From: an uncultured bacterium
GTDB taxonomy: Bacteria; Patescibacteriota; Minisyncoccia; Phycocordibacterales; CAIZLB01
Direction: 5' to 3'
Length of the DNA: 62,017 nucleotides
Assembly (NCBI GenBank): GCA_903936565.1
Contig: CAIZVZ010000004.1
Location: forward strand, 1 to 62,017
This document shows positions 41,801-50,673 of this stretch, one piece after another. The translations under genes and the position numbers were made by a program. Position 1 is the stretch's first letter. Each line of letters begins with the position of its first letter. A model generated the notes under the pieces. The model was given only the letters and a program-made list of their open reading frames with translations, did no database searches and was not told the origin of the DNA.

Positions 41801-44299
41801 TTAATCCTTGAGGCAACGCACAGAAAAGCCGTAGGCCTTGGTGCTCAAGTTCCGGTTGACACCAGCGTTGCCAGAGTACAGGTAGTGGTACCAGGCTGTC
41901 GTACCACTTGCAACAGATGACCAAAAGTGCGTGTCCGTCCCCAGATTGTAGAAAGAGCCATCGGTATTGCGGTAGCCTGAAAGGAAACCCCTATATGAGC
42001 CGGACATGTTTCTCATGGTTGTTCCTTCATTTGTTCCTCTCCAGCCAGTGGTAGTTGTATCATATGGGAAATCAGTGACGCAAGATCCTGATGTACAGGT
42101 GGTGCGCTCTAGTGTTGTGAATTCATCATGGGTGGGAACATGCCATCCTGTTGGACAGATTCCCTTGGCACCCGGAGTTGTTCCTCCACACATTACCTGA
42201 GTCCATTGATATAATCCTCCGCCACTTATACAGTTATTTGTATCGTTAGCATAGCAATATTTTTGAATGGATGCGGCGGTTGCACAACTTGTTCCTTGAG
42301 TTGTGGCACCTGTTACCATTGTTCCAACGTTTAGGTTCTGTTGCATCCAACATTGAGAACCAATTAGAACAGTTGTGTAGGTTTTTCCATCTCTTGTATC
42401 CAGTAGCGCTGAACCACACGCCCAAGATGATGAGGCAGCAAGAGTAATTTGCCCTGTTGCTGTATCTATCACTACATTATTAGAAGATGCAATTCTACTT
42501 GTGGCGTGGAAGGTGTCAGTTATTGTTATTGGTGTTGGGTCAACAATGTAATCAATATCAACCGAGCCTGTGGTCTTTAGATCAAAAGTATTGGTGGAAT
42601 GATGGAGGTTCATGAGAAGAACCTTATACATCTTTTCAGCATTAATACTCCCGAAGGTGACAACTGGTTGTTCACTTGGGGTGCCGTCGTAGACGGGGTA
42701 TACATCTATTCTTGCAGACGTTACTGTTGATGATGTTCCCTGCACTCCAGCTCGTGTTGGACGAGCATAGATAGTATTATCATTCTTGTTTGTCAAGAAT
42801 TTTTCAAATGTTACCCTCACTGTGTGGCCATCTGCAATTGTTGCCCAAGTATTATCTTGATCTTTTACAAGATCATAGATGTCTCCTGTAATTTCTCCAT
42901 TCTCATCTAGTTCCAATGCTTTTGTTATGAAAATGATTTCAAATGTTTGTGTGGAGAGATGAGGGACTGTCCACTCTACATAATCAAGCTTTCCGTCACC
43001 ATCCAAATCATATGCATGGAATTGCATGTCTTGACCGTTATTATTTAACCACTTGATTTTAATCTTGTTTTCTTGTCCAACTTTGTATATTGGAGGGATG
43101 TTGGTGAAGGCAAGAACATTTTGTGTATGAGGTTGGCCGTCTGCTTCTCCGGCAGAGTCAGAAACCGTAACAATCTTTCCAGTGTCTGTTACAGCTTCAG
43201 CGAGAGTTGGTGCTGGGGTCTGGTATTCCACTATCACGTCCGTGGTTTTAGAGGTGGGTTTTGTGGTGGATATTTTGGTTGAGGTGGAAAGATTTGTGGA
43301 GGATGTAGCTGTGGTGTTAATGATGTTTGTTCCGCCATCACCTACTTGGATATCTCCACTGGTGGAAGTGGATAATGTTGATTCTGTGTTGGCAGACGAG
43401 GTTTCTGTTGTTGAAGTACCTGTTCCTGTTCCTACTCCACCATTTTCACTTGTTTTGCCTGCAGTATTTTGTGATGTTTCTGTTGTGGATCCTTGTTCGT
43501 TTGTTGTGTTGTCCGTTGTTGCAGGATCTGTTTGGGTTTGTGCAGTAGATTTTGTTTGTGCTTCAACTTCTGCTTGTGGCAATACATCCACTACTGTAAC
43601 TTCGGGTTGTGGTGGTGTTGGGAGCACCACCGTTTCTTCAACGGCTGTTGCAACAGAAGCCATGGAGCTACCTAATTTTGAAAAAGCCCTACTTACATAA
43701 GCAACAAACCGAGAGAAGAAGTTTCTTTGTGAATATACTTGTTGTAACTTTATATTTTTCTGTATCTTCAGTGACTCTGCCAAAGCAAGGGATTCTTTGG
43801 ATATTGCGTTTTGTCTTGATAATTCCTTGAGTTTTTGTCTGTCTGTTTTGGTTAATGTGGAAGCTGGTGATGTAGATAATAGGGATTGTGTAGAAGATGT
43901 GAAAGAAGATGTTGTTATTTTCTTATCCACCCCGACTCTAACAACGGGTTGTACCTTAACTTCTCCTGCTGACTTTGGTATTTCAATCAAGTGTTGCCCA
44001 GCGGAGATGGTAGAGGCGCTAATTAAGGTTGTCCATTTAATAGGTTGGCCTGGGACAGAGGGGGCCTGTGTAGCAACAGACCCCTTCACAACAGATACCT
44101 TACCTTTCTCCGCTTGATGACGAGTGGAAGATGAGGAGAGGTATGTGGTGGTTTTGATTAATGCTAAAACAATGAAGATGATTACGAATGATAAAATAAT
44201 CCCGAGAACAAATGCTACTTTTGGTTTTCTCAATAACCCATTTAACGATTCTTTTTTCTTTTGTTCATCTTGCTCAAAAACACTATTCATAATATTCAT
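41801..44299 (-). CDS. DGR target protein: membrane-anchored surface protein with a C-terminal FISUMP/C-type-lectin-fold variable domain
   Basis: N-terminal TM helix (VAFVLGIILSFVIIFIVLALI), a Ser/Thr-rich stalk and a DLDGDGKLDYVEW Ca-binding-like loop. The C-terminus (DGKTYTTVLIGSQCWMQQNL...CPTGWHVPTHDEFTTLE...GYRNTDGSF...GFSVRCLKD) fits the Fibrobacter-succinogenes-major-paralogous (TIGR02145-like) lectin fold. The VR covers the last 63 codons. Confidence 0.85.
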   Translation of the reverse strand: MNIMNSVFEQDEQKKKESLNGLLRKPKVAFVLGIILSFVIIFIVLALIKTTTYLSSSSTRHQAEKGKVSVVKGSVATQAPSVPGQPIKWTTLISASTISAGQHLIEIPKSAGEVKVQPVVRVGVDKKITTSSFTSSTQSLLSTSPASTLTKTDRQKLKELSRQNAISKESLALAESLKIQKNIKLQQVYSQRNFFSRFVAYVSRAFSKLGSSMASVATAVEETVVLPTPPQPEVTVVDVLPQAEVEAQTKSTAQTQTDPATTDNTTNEQGSTTETSQNTAGKTSENGGVGTGTGTSTTETSSANTESTLSTSTSGDIQVGDGGTNIINTTATSSTNLSTSTKISTTKPTSKTTDVIVEYQTPAPTLAEAVTDTGKIVTVSDSAGEADGQPHTQNVLAFTNIPPIYKVGQENKIKIKWLNNNGQDMQFHAYDLDGDGKLDYVEWTVPHLSTQTFEIIFITKALELDENGEITGDIYDLVKDQDNTWATIADGHTVRVTFEKFLTNKNDNTIYARPTRAGVQGTSSTVTSARIDVYPVYDGTPSEQPVVTFGSINAEKMYKVLLMNLHHSTNTFDLKTTGSVDIDYIVDPTPITITDTFHATSRIASSNNVVIDTATGQITLAASSSWACGSALLDTRDGKTYTTVLIGSQCWMQQNLNVGTMVTGATTQGTSCATAASIQKYCYANDTNNCISGGGLYQWTQVMCGGTTPGAKGICPTGWHVPTHDEFTTLERTTCTSGSCVTDFPYDTTTTGWRGTNEGTTMRNMSGSYRGFLSGYRNTDGSFYNLGTDTHFWSSVASGTTAWYHYLYSGNAGVNRNLSTKAYGFSVRCLKD
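41806..41993 (-). repeat. DGR variable repeat (VR)
   Basis: Copy of the TR with 8 mismatches, at 41844, 41878, 41884, 41890, 41900, 41929, 41935 and 41950. Seven of them correspond to a coding-strand A in the TR. Confidence 0.9.
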
Positions 44300-44358
44300 G
44301 ACATATATTTTAACATGAAAATATAATCTGCGGTATTAAATGTTAAAAAGTTATCCAC

Positions 44359-44401
44359 AAAAAAACATCCAATCTCCTTATATGAGAGTTGGATGCTTTT
44401 T
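44359..44401 (-). terminator. Intrinsic terminator downstream of tRNA-Thr
   Basis: On the minus strand: GCATCCAACTCTC-atataa-GGAGATTGGATG (one bulge) followed by TTTTTTTGTGG. It separates the tRNA from the DGR target start. Confidence 0.65.
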
Positions 44402-44407
44402 AACGAA

Positions 44408-44483
44408 TGGAGCCGCTTCCCAGATTCGAACTGGGGACCTACTGTTTACAAAACAGTTGCTCTACCAACTGAGCTAAAGCGGC
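44408..44483 (-). tRNA. tRNA-Thr (anticodon UGU), CCA encoded
   Basis: The reverse complement GCCGCTTTAGCTCAGTTGGTAGAGCAACTGTTTTGTAAACAGTAGGTCCCCAGTTCGAATCTGGGAAGCGGCTCCA folds as a cloverleaf. It has a 7-bp acceptor stem, D arm GCTC/GAGC, anticodon stem ACTGT/ACAGT with loop TT-TGT-AA, and T arm CCCAG-TTCGAAT-CTGGG. Confidence 0.9.
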
Positions 44484-44575
44484 AAATATTAAGCTTTCAA
44501 TTAACCTAATTTGTGGCTACAAGCAAGCTTTTGCCGTTAATTAAGTATCAACAATATAGCATACCGCCTAAATAA

Positions 44576-44959
44576 TTACAAATTATTTTTGTGGTCCTCA
44601 ATCTTCTTCAAGAAGAATGAAACTGACCCCCTATTTCTAGCCACTTGCTTTCCCCTTATCATATCCCCAAGCTTGGAAAACCTTTTTTCTAGCTTGTTTG
44701 CCAACCTTATAAAGAGTAACTCCAAAACCTTGGCGGTCTTATGAAAGAAATCAGCTAGAGACTCTCTTTTAATATGCACAACGTTGTGTCTAACTAAATG
44801 ATATCTCCTAAGTATATGCCAATCCCATTCAGGTTTACTGAATTTGATATGGCATTTTTTACCAGAGTTTTCTAACATCTTTGTAATCACCATGGCGAGC
44901 ATGATTAAAAGAGAAAGACCACAAATTGTATATAAGAAAAACATATGTTTATCTACCAA
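44576..44959 (-). CDS. Hypothetical small membrane protein
   Basis: One N-terminal TM helix (FFLYTICGLSLLIMLAMVI) and a basic C-terminal part. It overlaps the tsf stop by 11 nt, which suggests co-transcription. Confidence 0.4.
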   Translation of the reverse strand: MVDKHMFFLYTICGLSLLIMLAMVITKMLENSGKKCHIKFSKPEWDWHILRRYHLVRHNVVHIKRESLADFFHKTAKVLELLFIRLANKLEKRFSKLGDMIRGKQVARNRGSVSFFLKKIEDHKNNL

Positions 44960-45542
44960 CGTTGAAACGAGAGAATCTTGAAACCTCTATTCTCTCTCCA
45001 AATTTTTGCACAAAGCCATCAATCAACTGTCTTATTGTAAGATCTTGATTCTTAATGAATGGTTGATCTAGCAATACTCTTTCCTTGAAGTAAGCATCTA
45101 ATTTACCTTGCAGAATCTTCTCCTTAAGCTCTTCTGGCTTACCAACAACCTCTTCTGCAAAGATTTCCTTTGCCTTTGCTTTGTCTGCCTCAACAATTTC
45201 ATCCATTGTTCTAAACTCAGGATTTGTTGCAGATATTTGCATAGCAATATCATGTGCCAACTTAACAAACTCTTCATTCTTGGCAACAAAGTCTGTCTCA
45301 CAAGCAAGCTCAACCATTGAGCCAATAAGACCATTTGAGTGAATATAAGCAGACACGATTCCAGCACCAAGAGATCTGTCAGACTTCTTAGCTGAAATTT
45401 CGGCACCCTTCTTTCTTAGTAGTATCAAAGCCTTCTCCTTGTCTCCTCCGGCGTCTTCTAGGGCCTTACGGCATTGCATAACAGAGATTCCTGTCTCGTC
45501 TCTTAGTTCCTTAACTTGGTCAAGTGATATTTGTGTAGACAT
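44949..45542 (-). CDS. tsf: Elongation factor Ts (short form)
   Basis: UBA-like N-terminus VKELRDETGISVMQCRKALEDAGGDKEKALILLRKKG and the core block GSMVELACETDFVAKNEEF. It lies downstream of rpsB. Confidence 0.9.
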   Translation of the reverse strand: MSTQISLDQVKELRDETGISVMQCRKALEDAGGDKEKALILLRKKGAEISAKKSDRSLGAGIVSAYIHSNGLIGSMVELACETDFVAKNEEFVKLAHDIAMQISATNPEFRTMDEIVEADKAKAKEIFAEEVVGKPEELKEKILQGKLDAYFKERVLLDQPFIKNQDLTIRQLIDGFVQKFGERIEVSRFSRFNVGR

Positions 45543-45601
45543 AACGTATATTTTATCAAATTACTTATAATAAGCCAATGGGTTATTCACAGGGGGTAAA
45601 T

Positions 45602-46408
45602 CTATCTTACTGATGTGTGGGGAGCTGTTGATTGAGAAGTTGAAGCGTAAGTAGGAGCGGAAGCTGGAGCCGCAACTGGTGCAACTACTGACTTCTTGCC
45701 TTCTGTATAAGCTTCAGCAATCTTTCTTGCGAAGAATTCTATACTTGCAACTGATGAATCATTTGCAGGTATTGGATAGTTTATAATTGAAACATCACAG
45801 TCAGATCCAGCCAAAGCTATAACTGGAATCTTTTTCTCACGAGCTTCAGCTACAGCAATGTGCTCCTTCTTAGGATCTATTACAAATAGAGCTGCTGGCA
45901 TATTGTTCATAGATACGATACCAGAATATAGGAAATTGAGTCTATCAATTTGTCTATCGATCATCAGTCTCTCACGCTTTGTGTACTTTGAAAGCTCCCC
46001 CTTCTCTCTTTTGTGAGTAAGGTCAAGTAGCTTCTCAACACGCTTCTTTATAGACTCAAAGTTTGTAAGAGTTCCTCCTACCCAACGAGATGCAACATAA
46101 GGAAGATTTGCGCTGTCGGCAACCTTCTTAACAATCTCCTTAGCTTCACTCTTTCCACCAACAAACACGATTTGCTTGCCAGTTCCTGCGACTTTAGTAA
46201 CAAATTCTATAGCCTTCTCAAGTGCCATTTCTGTCTTTTCTAGGTCGAAGATCTCTACACGGTTCTTAACTCCAAAAATAAAGGGTTTAACGCTTGGATG
46301 ACGTCTTGTTTTTGTAAAACCATAATGAGCGCCTGCTTTAAACATGGCGTCAATTACCGGGCTTTTTTTATCTGCATGTGATGACATATGTGGAGATGAG
46401 TCTATCAT
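45602..46408 (-). CDS. rpsB: 30S ribosomal protein S2
   Basis: AGAHYGFTKTRRHPSVKPFIFGVKNRVEIFDLEKT and RWVGGTLTNF fit S2, in the canonical rpsB-tsf arrangement. Confidence 0.9.
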   Translation of the reverse strand: MIDSSPHMSSHADKKSPVIDAMFKAGAHYGFTKTRRHPSVKPFIFGVKNRVEIFDLEKTEMALEKAIEFVTKVAGTGKQIVFVGGKSEAKEIVKKVADSANLPYVASRWVGGTLTNFESIKKRVEKLLDLTHKREKGELSKYTKRERLMIDRQIDRLNFLYSGIVSMNNMPAALFVIDPKKEHIAVAEAREKKIPVIALAGSDCDVSIINYPIPANDSSVASIEFFARKIAEAYTEGKKSVVAPVAAPASAPTYASTSQSTAPHTSVR

Positions 46409-46457
46409 AAGGGGTGGATATTGGCAATACGCCTCACCACGAGGGCATATGTAATAC

Positions 46458-46847
46458 CTACCCGATACTTATCTGTCCTAGAGTCTTCGCGAGTTTGGTC
46501 CTTAAATCAACAATAGACTCATATTCCACAATCACGGTGTCTGGAATACCTTGTGCCAATTTACTAACATACTGACCTCTTTCAAGCAAAAGTATTCTTT
46601 TTAAACCCAAATGATATGAAAGACCTATTTCAATACCTACCCCATGGCTTCTTTCCGAGACTTCCGCTATTACAATTTGGCTATTTTTCAACTCATTATA
46701 ATCCCGATTGAAAATTTCTTCTGGAGTTCCTCCTATTTGAAAAACGAATGGCTCCATTCCGACTTCCTCAACGACTGATTTTATTTCCGGTAAAATGTTC
46801 AATCTATTATCTGTGTGACTAACTGGGCACGTTATATAAACTTTCAT
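46458..46847 (-). CDS. Nucleoside 2-deoxyribosyltransferase-like protein
   Basis: MKVYITCPVS... and IVIAEVSERSHGVGIEIGLSYHLGLKRILLL resemble the Rossmann-like nucleoside deoxyribosyltransferase family pattern (acidic residue in the GxxxExG block). Confidence 0.45.
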   Translation of the reverse strand: MKVYITCPVSHTDNRLNILPEIKSVVEEVGMEPFVFQIGGTPEEIFNRDYNELKNSQIVIAEVSERSHGVGIEIGLSYHLGLKRILLLERGQYVSKLAQGIPDTVIVEYESIVDLRTKLAKTLGQISIG

Positions 46848-46924
46848 GATTGTATTATAGTTTAGTAAAAAACTTTTGACCAGAAAACAAATTTACATCG
46901 AAGATTCTTTATTAGAAACTTAAA

Positions 46925-47920
46925 TTATTCCTCCCCATCAAACGCCTCATCATTGGAAGCTAGAGACTTACCATTTTCCACAAAGTCCTGTAGAGCTTGG
47001 AAAATAGGGCCCAAATTACCTAGAAATACTGATTCAATGTTATGCCATGATTGCTTGATTCTGTGGTCTGTAATTCTATCTTGGAGAATATTGTATGTCC
47101 TTATCTTCTCAGACCTATCCCCTGTTCCAACCTGATCCTTTCTGTCTTTTGAGAACTTTTTAGCATCCTCTTCTTCTTTTAATTGAGCAAGCTTTGAGGT
47201 TAAAATTTGCATCGCCATTTCACGGTTCTTAAGCTGACTTCTTTCACTTGTACACCTAACATCAATTCCCGTTGGCTTGTGAATTAGTCTAACGGCCGTC
47301 TCCACTTTGTTCACGTTTTGCCCCCCTGCCCCACCTGAACGAGAAAACTCCATTTCAATTTCTGATGGGTTGATTTCAAATTTAACTTTTTTGCGGATTG
47401 GCAATATAGCAACAGTCACTGTCGAAGTGTGAATTCTTCCAGACTTCTCAGTCGCAGGAACACGCTGTACTCTGTGTACCCCCATTTCAAATCTTAAGTA
47501 TTTGTATATTTCCCTACCTTTAAACTCAATACTGGCAAACTTATAGCCCCCTGATTCACTTTTGCTAACATCAATCTCTCTCCAAGTCCAACCCTGTGAA
47601 TCGGCATATTTCTCGTACATCACAGCTAATTGCTCTGCAAATAGTGATGACTCCTCACCGCCCGCTCCGGGTCTAATTTCCAAGATAACCTCTGAAGGAA
47701 AATCCTCCTCTTCTTCATCGGCCTTCAGTATTTCTGCGACCCTATCCTCTATCCCCTTGATTTGTTCATTTAAAGTAGCAAGCTCATCCTTGGCCATTTC
47801 CATCATTTCAGGATCTGTTGACATTTCCTCAATATCTTTCTTTTGCACCAAAAGACGCTCGTATTCATATGCGAGAAAGCTTGTTTTAAAATTTTGTTTT
47901 AATTCGTCTAAATTTTCCAT
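46925..47920 (-). CDS. prfA: Peptide chain release factor 1
   Basis: GGQ motif [18 protein letters not shown] and the RF1-type tripeptide context [17 protein letters not shown] (PxT rather than SPF). Confidence 0.85.
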   Translation of the reverse strand: MENLDELKQNFKTSFLAYEYERLLVQKKDIEEMSTDPEMMEMAKDELATLNEQIKGIEDRVAEILKADEEEEDFPSEVILEIRPGAGGEESSLFAEQLAVMYEKYADSQGWTWREIDVSKSESGGYKFASIEFKGREIYKYLRFEMGVHRVQRVPATEKSGRIHTSTVTVAILPIRKKVKFEINPSEIEMEFSRSGGAGGQNVNKVETAVRLIHKPTGIDVRCTSERSQLKNREMAMQILTSKLAQLKEEEDAKKFSKDRKDQVGTGDRSEKIRTYNILQDRITDHRIKQSWHNIESVFLGNLGPIFQALQDFVENGKSLASNDEAFDGEE

Positions 47921-48008
47921 GTTGTTTATATTATCTATATCTTACTTATATCTTATCAGGCAAACAAAAAAGCCGCCAATTAATTGAGCGACCTTTTTGT
48001 TAAATACG

Positions 48009-48260
48009 CTATTTCTTTGAAGCCTTTGCAGGAGCCTTCTTTGCTGCAGCTGCAGCTACTCCACTTGCTTGTCTTGCCTTGAATTTCTCAACACGTCCAG
48101 CAGCATCTAGAATCTTTTCATTACCAGTATAAAATGGGTGGCATTGTGAACAGATTTCTATACTAACAGCGTCTTTTGTTGAACCAATAGCAAAAACAGC
48201 TCCACAAGAACATGTGAATTTAGTGTCTGTATTGTATTTAGGGTGTATATCAGCTTTCAT
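48009..48260 (-). CDS. rpmE: 50S ribosomal protein L31
   Basis: MKADIHPKY..., CSCG...[10 protein letters not shown] zinc motif, and an Ala/Lys-rich tail. Confidence 0.9.
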   Translation of the reverse strand: MKADIHPKYNTDTKFTCSCGAVFAIGSTKDAVSIEICSQCHPFYTGNEKILDAAGRVEKFKARQASGVAAAAAKKAPAKASKK

Positions 48261-48345
48261 AGGGGCAATATTAACCTAAAAGGCTAAAAAAGGCAAATTT
48301 ATAGCAATAGCACCAGTTTTTGGTTCAAAACACAGATTAAACAAG

Positions 48346-49761
48346 CTAATTAGCGCCCAGTAAATCAATATTACTTTGCATTGTTGTAACACGCCCCATA
48401 ACCTGATTTCCATAGAATGTGTTACTTCCACTACATGACTTTCCAGAATAGTACCTACAGGCTGCATTTCTCTCAGCTGAATACCCTCCTGCCCCAGCAC
48501 CAAGATCGGATAAGTAAACAGCGGTCGCCATAAGAGCATCTTGAGGATTCCATGGATCTACATAACTCTTGCCGACATTTGTTGCAACCCTACTCCTGTT
48601 TAGCATCCAAGTAGAAGGTATGAATTGTGAAGGGCCCATCGCTCCCCCGTAACCTATATTACCAATCGGACAGGAAACCAATGTTTTATAAGGATCCCTA
48701 CCGGTCTCTTTCATTATTTGTAAGAATGGTTGAACATCTCTTGAAAGCTTCATAAGGTTGGAAACAGGAGTACCTGATGTTTTTTTAACACCCGCACCGG
48801 TAGTAGAATCACTTAAATAACAAGTTCCAACATTTGACCCCATATTACTCTCTTGCTGAATAATAGCCAAAACAAAAGCCGCTCTAACCCCAGTCTTAGC
48901 TGAGGCTGCTTTAGCGTAAGTCACGGCATCACCGAACTTGATTGAAGGTGTGTCACGAAGCGCAAAGAGTGCATTTCTAATTTCATTTGCTCTTTTGGTC
49001 TTGTTACTAATATCATTTTTATAACTCTGTTGTTCACTTTTATTTAGACTTAATAATCTTTTTTTATCAGCTTCAAGCTTTTTAATCTTAGCTTGCTCTT
49101 GCTCTACATTAATCTTTGCATCCACCTCTTGGTCGCGTTTTTCACCCAATTGCTCTTTAACTTTTTCATTACTCTTTTTGGCACCCTTAACATTATCCAA
49201 ATGTATATTTAAAGATTGTTTTATAGAGCTAAAATTGTCAAAATCGATAAAAAATTCTGAAATGTTCTTATTACTTAGAAAAGATTCCGCTATAGACAAA
49301 TCATCCAACTCTTTTGTTCGCTGAATTATCTGAGCCATAGATTCTTGCCCTGCATTAATTTTCTCACCTAACGCTGTAATTGTGTTTGTCTTAACTACGA
49401 TATCTTTTCCAAGATTTTTGATAGAGATCTCATGCGCTCTAATTTTTAATTGTGCCTGCTTAATTTGGGCATCAAGAATCGCAATATCACGGGCGATAGA
49501 AGTACCCTCTTTTTGTTTATTGTCCAATATCGCCTGCTGATCCTTAATTGCCTGTTCAATACTCGCAAGCTCAGCTCGTAGTGTTGCCTGTTGGTCTGCA
49601 GTTAAAACTGACTGAGAAAAAGAAACCTGAGGGACAATAAAAAAAACACCAGCCAACACAATAGGCATTAACAACAATAATACAATTTTATTGAATTTTA
49701 GATTGCTGAATGAACATAAAGTTAAAGCCGTCGACTTTTCAGATTCTTTGGAAAACAACAT
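48346..49761 (-). CDS. Secreted coiled-coil protein with a C-terminal lytic transglycosylase (SLT_2/MltB-like) domain
   Basis: TM/signal region, about 230 aa of coiled coil, then AFVLAIIQQESNMG (candidate catalytic Glu) and GGAMGPSQFIPSTW. Confidence 0.55.
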   Translation of the reverse strand: MLFSKESEKSTALTLCSFSNLKFNKIVLLLLMPIVLAGVFFIVPQVSFSQSVLTADQQATLRAELASIEQAIKDQQAILDNKQKEGTSIARDIAILDAQIKQAQLKIRAHEISIKNLGKDIVVKTNTITALGEKINAGQESMAQIIQRTKELDDLSIAESFLSNKNISEFFIDFDNFSSIKQSLNIHLDNVKGAKKSNEKVKEQLGEKRDQEVDAKINVEQEQAKIKKLEADKKRLLSLNKSEQQSYKNDISNKTKRANEIRNALFALRDTPSIKFGDAVTYAKAASAKTGVRAAFVLAIIQQESNMGSNVGTCYLSDSTTGAGVKKTSGTPVSNLMKLSRDVQPFLQIMKETGRDPYKTLVSCPIGNIGYGGAMGPSQFIPSTWMLNRSRVATNVGKSYVDPWNPQDALMATAVYLSDLGAGAGGYSAERNAACRYYSGKSCSGSNTFYGNQVMGRVTTMQSNIDLLGAN

Positions 49762-49824
49762 ATATATTCATTATAACCGCTTCACCCAAAAACTCCAACT
49801 ACTTTTGCGCCACATTTTCGTGCC

Positions 49825-49865
49825 ACAAAAAAACAACCCGACCTTAAGCGGGTTGTTTTTTATTT
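49825..49865. terminator. Bidirectional intrinsic terminator
   Basis: AACAACCCG-accttaag-CGGGTTGTT (49832-49857), flanked by AAAAAAA and TTTTTTATTT, downstream of rplY on the minus strand. Confidence 0.7.
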
Positions 49866-49922
49866 GAGTGTTAAGCGATAATTATTACAGATTATTTTAC
49901 CACCACGGAACACAAGTTTAGA

Positions 49923-50549
49923 TTATTCAGCATCAGCTTCCTCATCCTTCTTTCCTTTCTTGTCTGTTACCTCAATTGCTGACATATCGATTTCTGTTGG
50001 AGCTTCTTCAACCTCCTCCTTTGCCTCTGCGACAAGCGCAATAACTTCATCAGCATCAGTCTTAAGAACAACTCCAGCTGGAAGTTTAATATCGCCCGCG
50101 TGGATTTGTGAGTCGAAGTCCACAAGAGAAGAGATATCTACTTCAATACTATGAGGTAGATCCTTAGGCATTGCCTCAATTTCAACTTCATGAAGAACCT
50201 TAACAAGGTTACCTCCCAAAGTCTTAACCGCCTCAGATACACCGACGAATTCAAGAGGGATAGCAATTTCAACCTTCTTGCCTTTTTCAAGTACATAGAA
50301 GTCAACATGTCTAACCTTACCTCTTACAGGCTCTCTATCTATTTCATGGATAAGAGTATCGTGTTCTACTCCTTCATATGAAAGAGTAACAACCGTTGAT
50401 TCTCCAGCCTCCTTCCAAACCTTTAATAATTCAATCTCATTAACCCAGATTGGTGTAGATTCTGCCTTTGGACCATAAAATACTGCAGGGATTTTAGCAT
50501 CCGCCACAGTTTTACCGCCTTCACGCTTTTCTGTAATAAGCTTTAACAT
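49923..50549 (-). CDS. rplY: 50S ribosomal protein L25 (Ctc form)
   Basis: MLKLITEKREGGKTVADAKIPAVFYGPKAE... and RHVDFY fit L25. An acidic C-terminal extension is present. The start is taken at the ATG at 50549; the track ORF opens upstream at 50621. Confidence 0.8.
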   Translation of the reverse strand: MLKLITEKREGGKTVADAKIPAVFYGPKAESTPIWVNEIELLKVWKEAGESTVVTLSYEGVEHDTLIHEIDREPVRGKVRHVDFYVLEKGKKVEIAIPLEFVGVSEAVKTLGGNLVKVLHEVEIEAMPKDLPHSIEVDISSLVDFDSQIHAGDIKLPAGVVLKTDADEVIALVAEAKEEVEEAPTEIDMSAIEVTDKKGKKDEEADAE

Positions 50550-50673
50550 AGTGGAGCTATTATATATATTTTTGACGAATTTGCAATACTTAGGCGATAT
50601 TTTGAGGTAAAACCATACCAAATAGCCAGATTATCCAATTGAAATTTTAATAATCAAAGAAACTAAGGAGACA

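Larger units (their letters stand above)
38405..44299 (-). mobile_element. Diversity-generating retroelement (DGR) cassette: target(VR) - RhuM - Avd - TR - RT
   Basis: A 188-bp TR/VR pair with adenine-specific mismatches, an RT with a DGR-type motif 4, an Avd-like four-helix-bundle gene and a C-type-lectin-fold target C-terminus, all on the minus strand. Confidence 0.9.

Noticed and set aside
41595-41924. ORFs 41595..41804 (+) and 41700..41924 (-) across the VR flank
   Set aside because: They cover the GC-rich structured non-coding flank and the VR itself. The phased hexamers and hairpins explain the sequence better than coding does, and neither ORF has a plausible start context.
43182-43700. 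172-aa and several 60-106-aa + strand ORFs inside the DGR target gene (43073-44318)
   Set aside because: They lie opposite the Ser/Thr-rich stalk region. Val/Cys/Phe-rich artefactual frames stay open because of the biased composition.
44408-44483. tRNA-Thr as an integration site marking the DGR region as a genomic island
   Set aside because: I saw no integrase or recombinase gene, and no direct repeat of the tRNA 3' end at the far side of the cassette (around 34100 or 38350).
46925-47920. Alternative genetic code (UGA recoding, as in some CPR lineages) because only RF1 is seen
   Set aside because: Long conserved genes translate intact under the standard code, and at least one clear gene (55086..55883) ends with TGA. 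RF2 is probably encoded outside this window.
48276-48539. 87-aa ORF on the - strand
   Set aside because: It overlaps, out of frame, the conserved C-terminal lytic-transglycosylase domain of 48346..49761.
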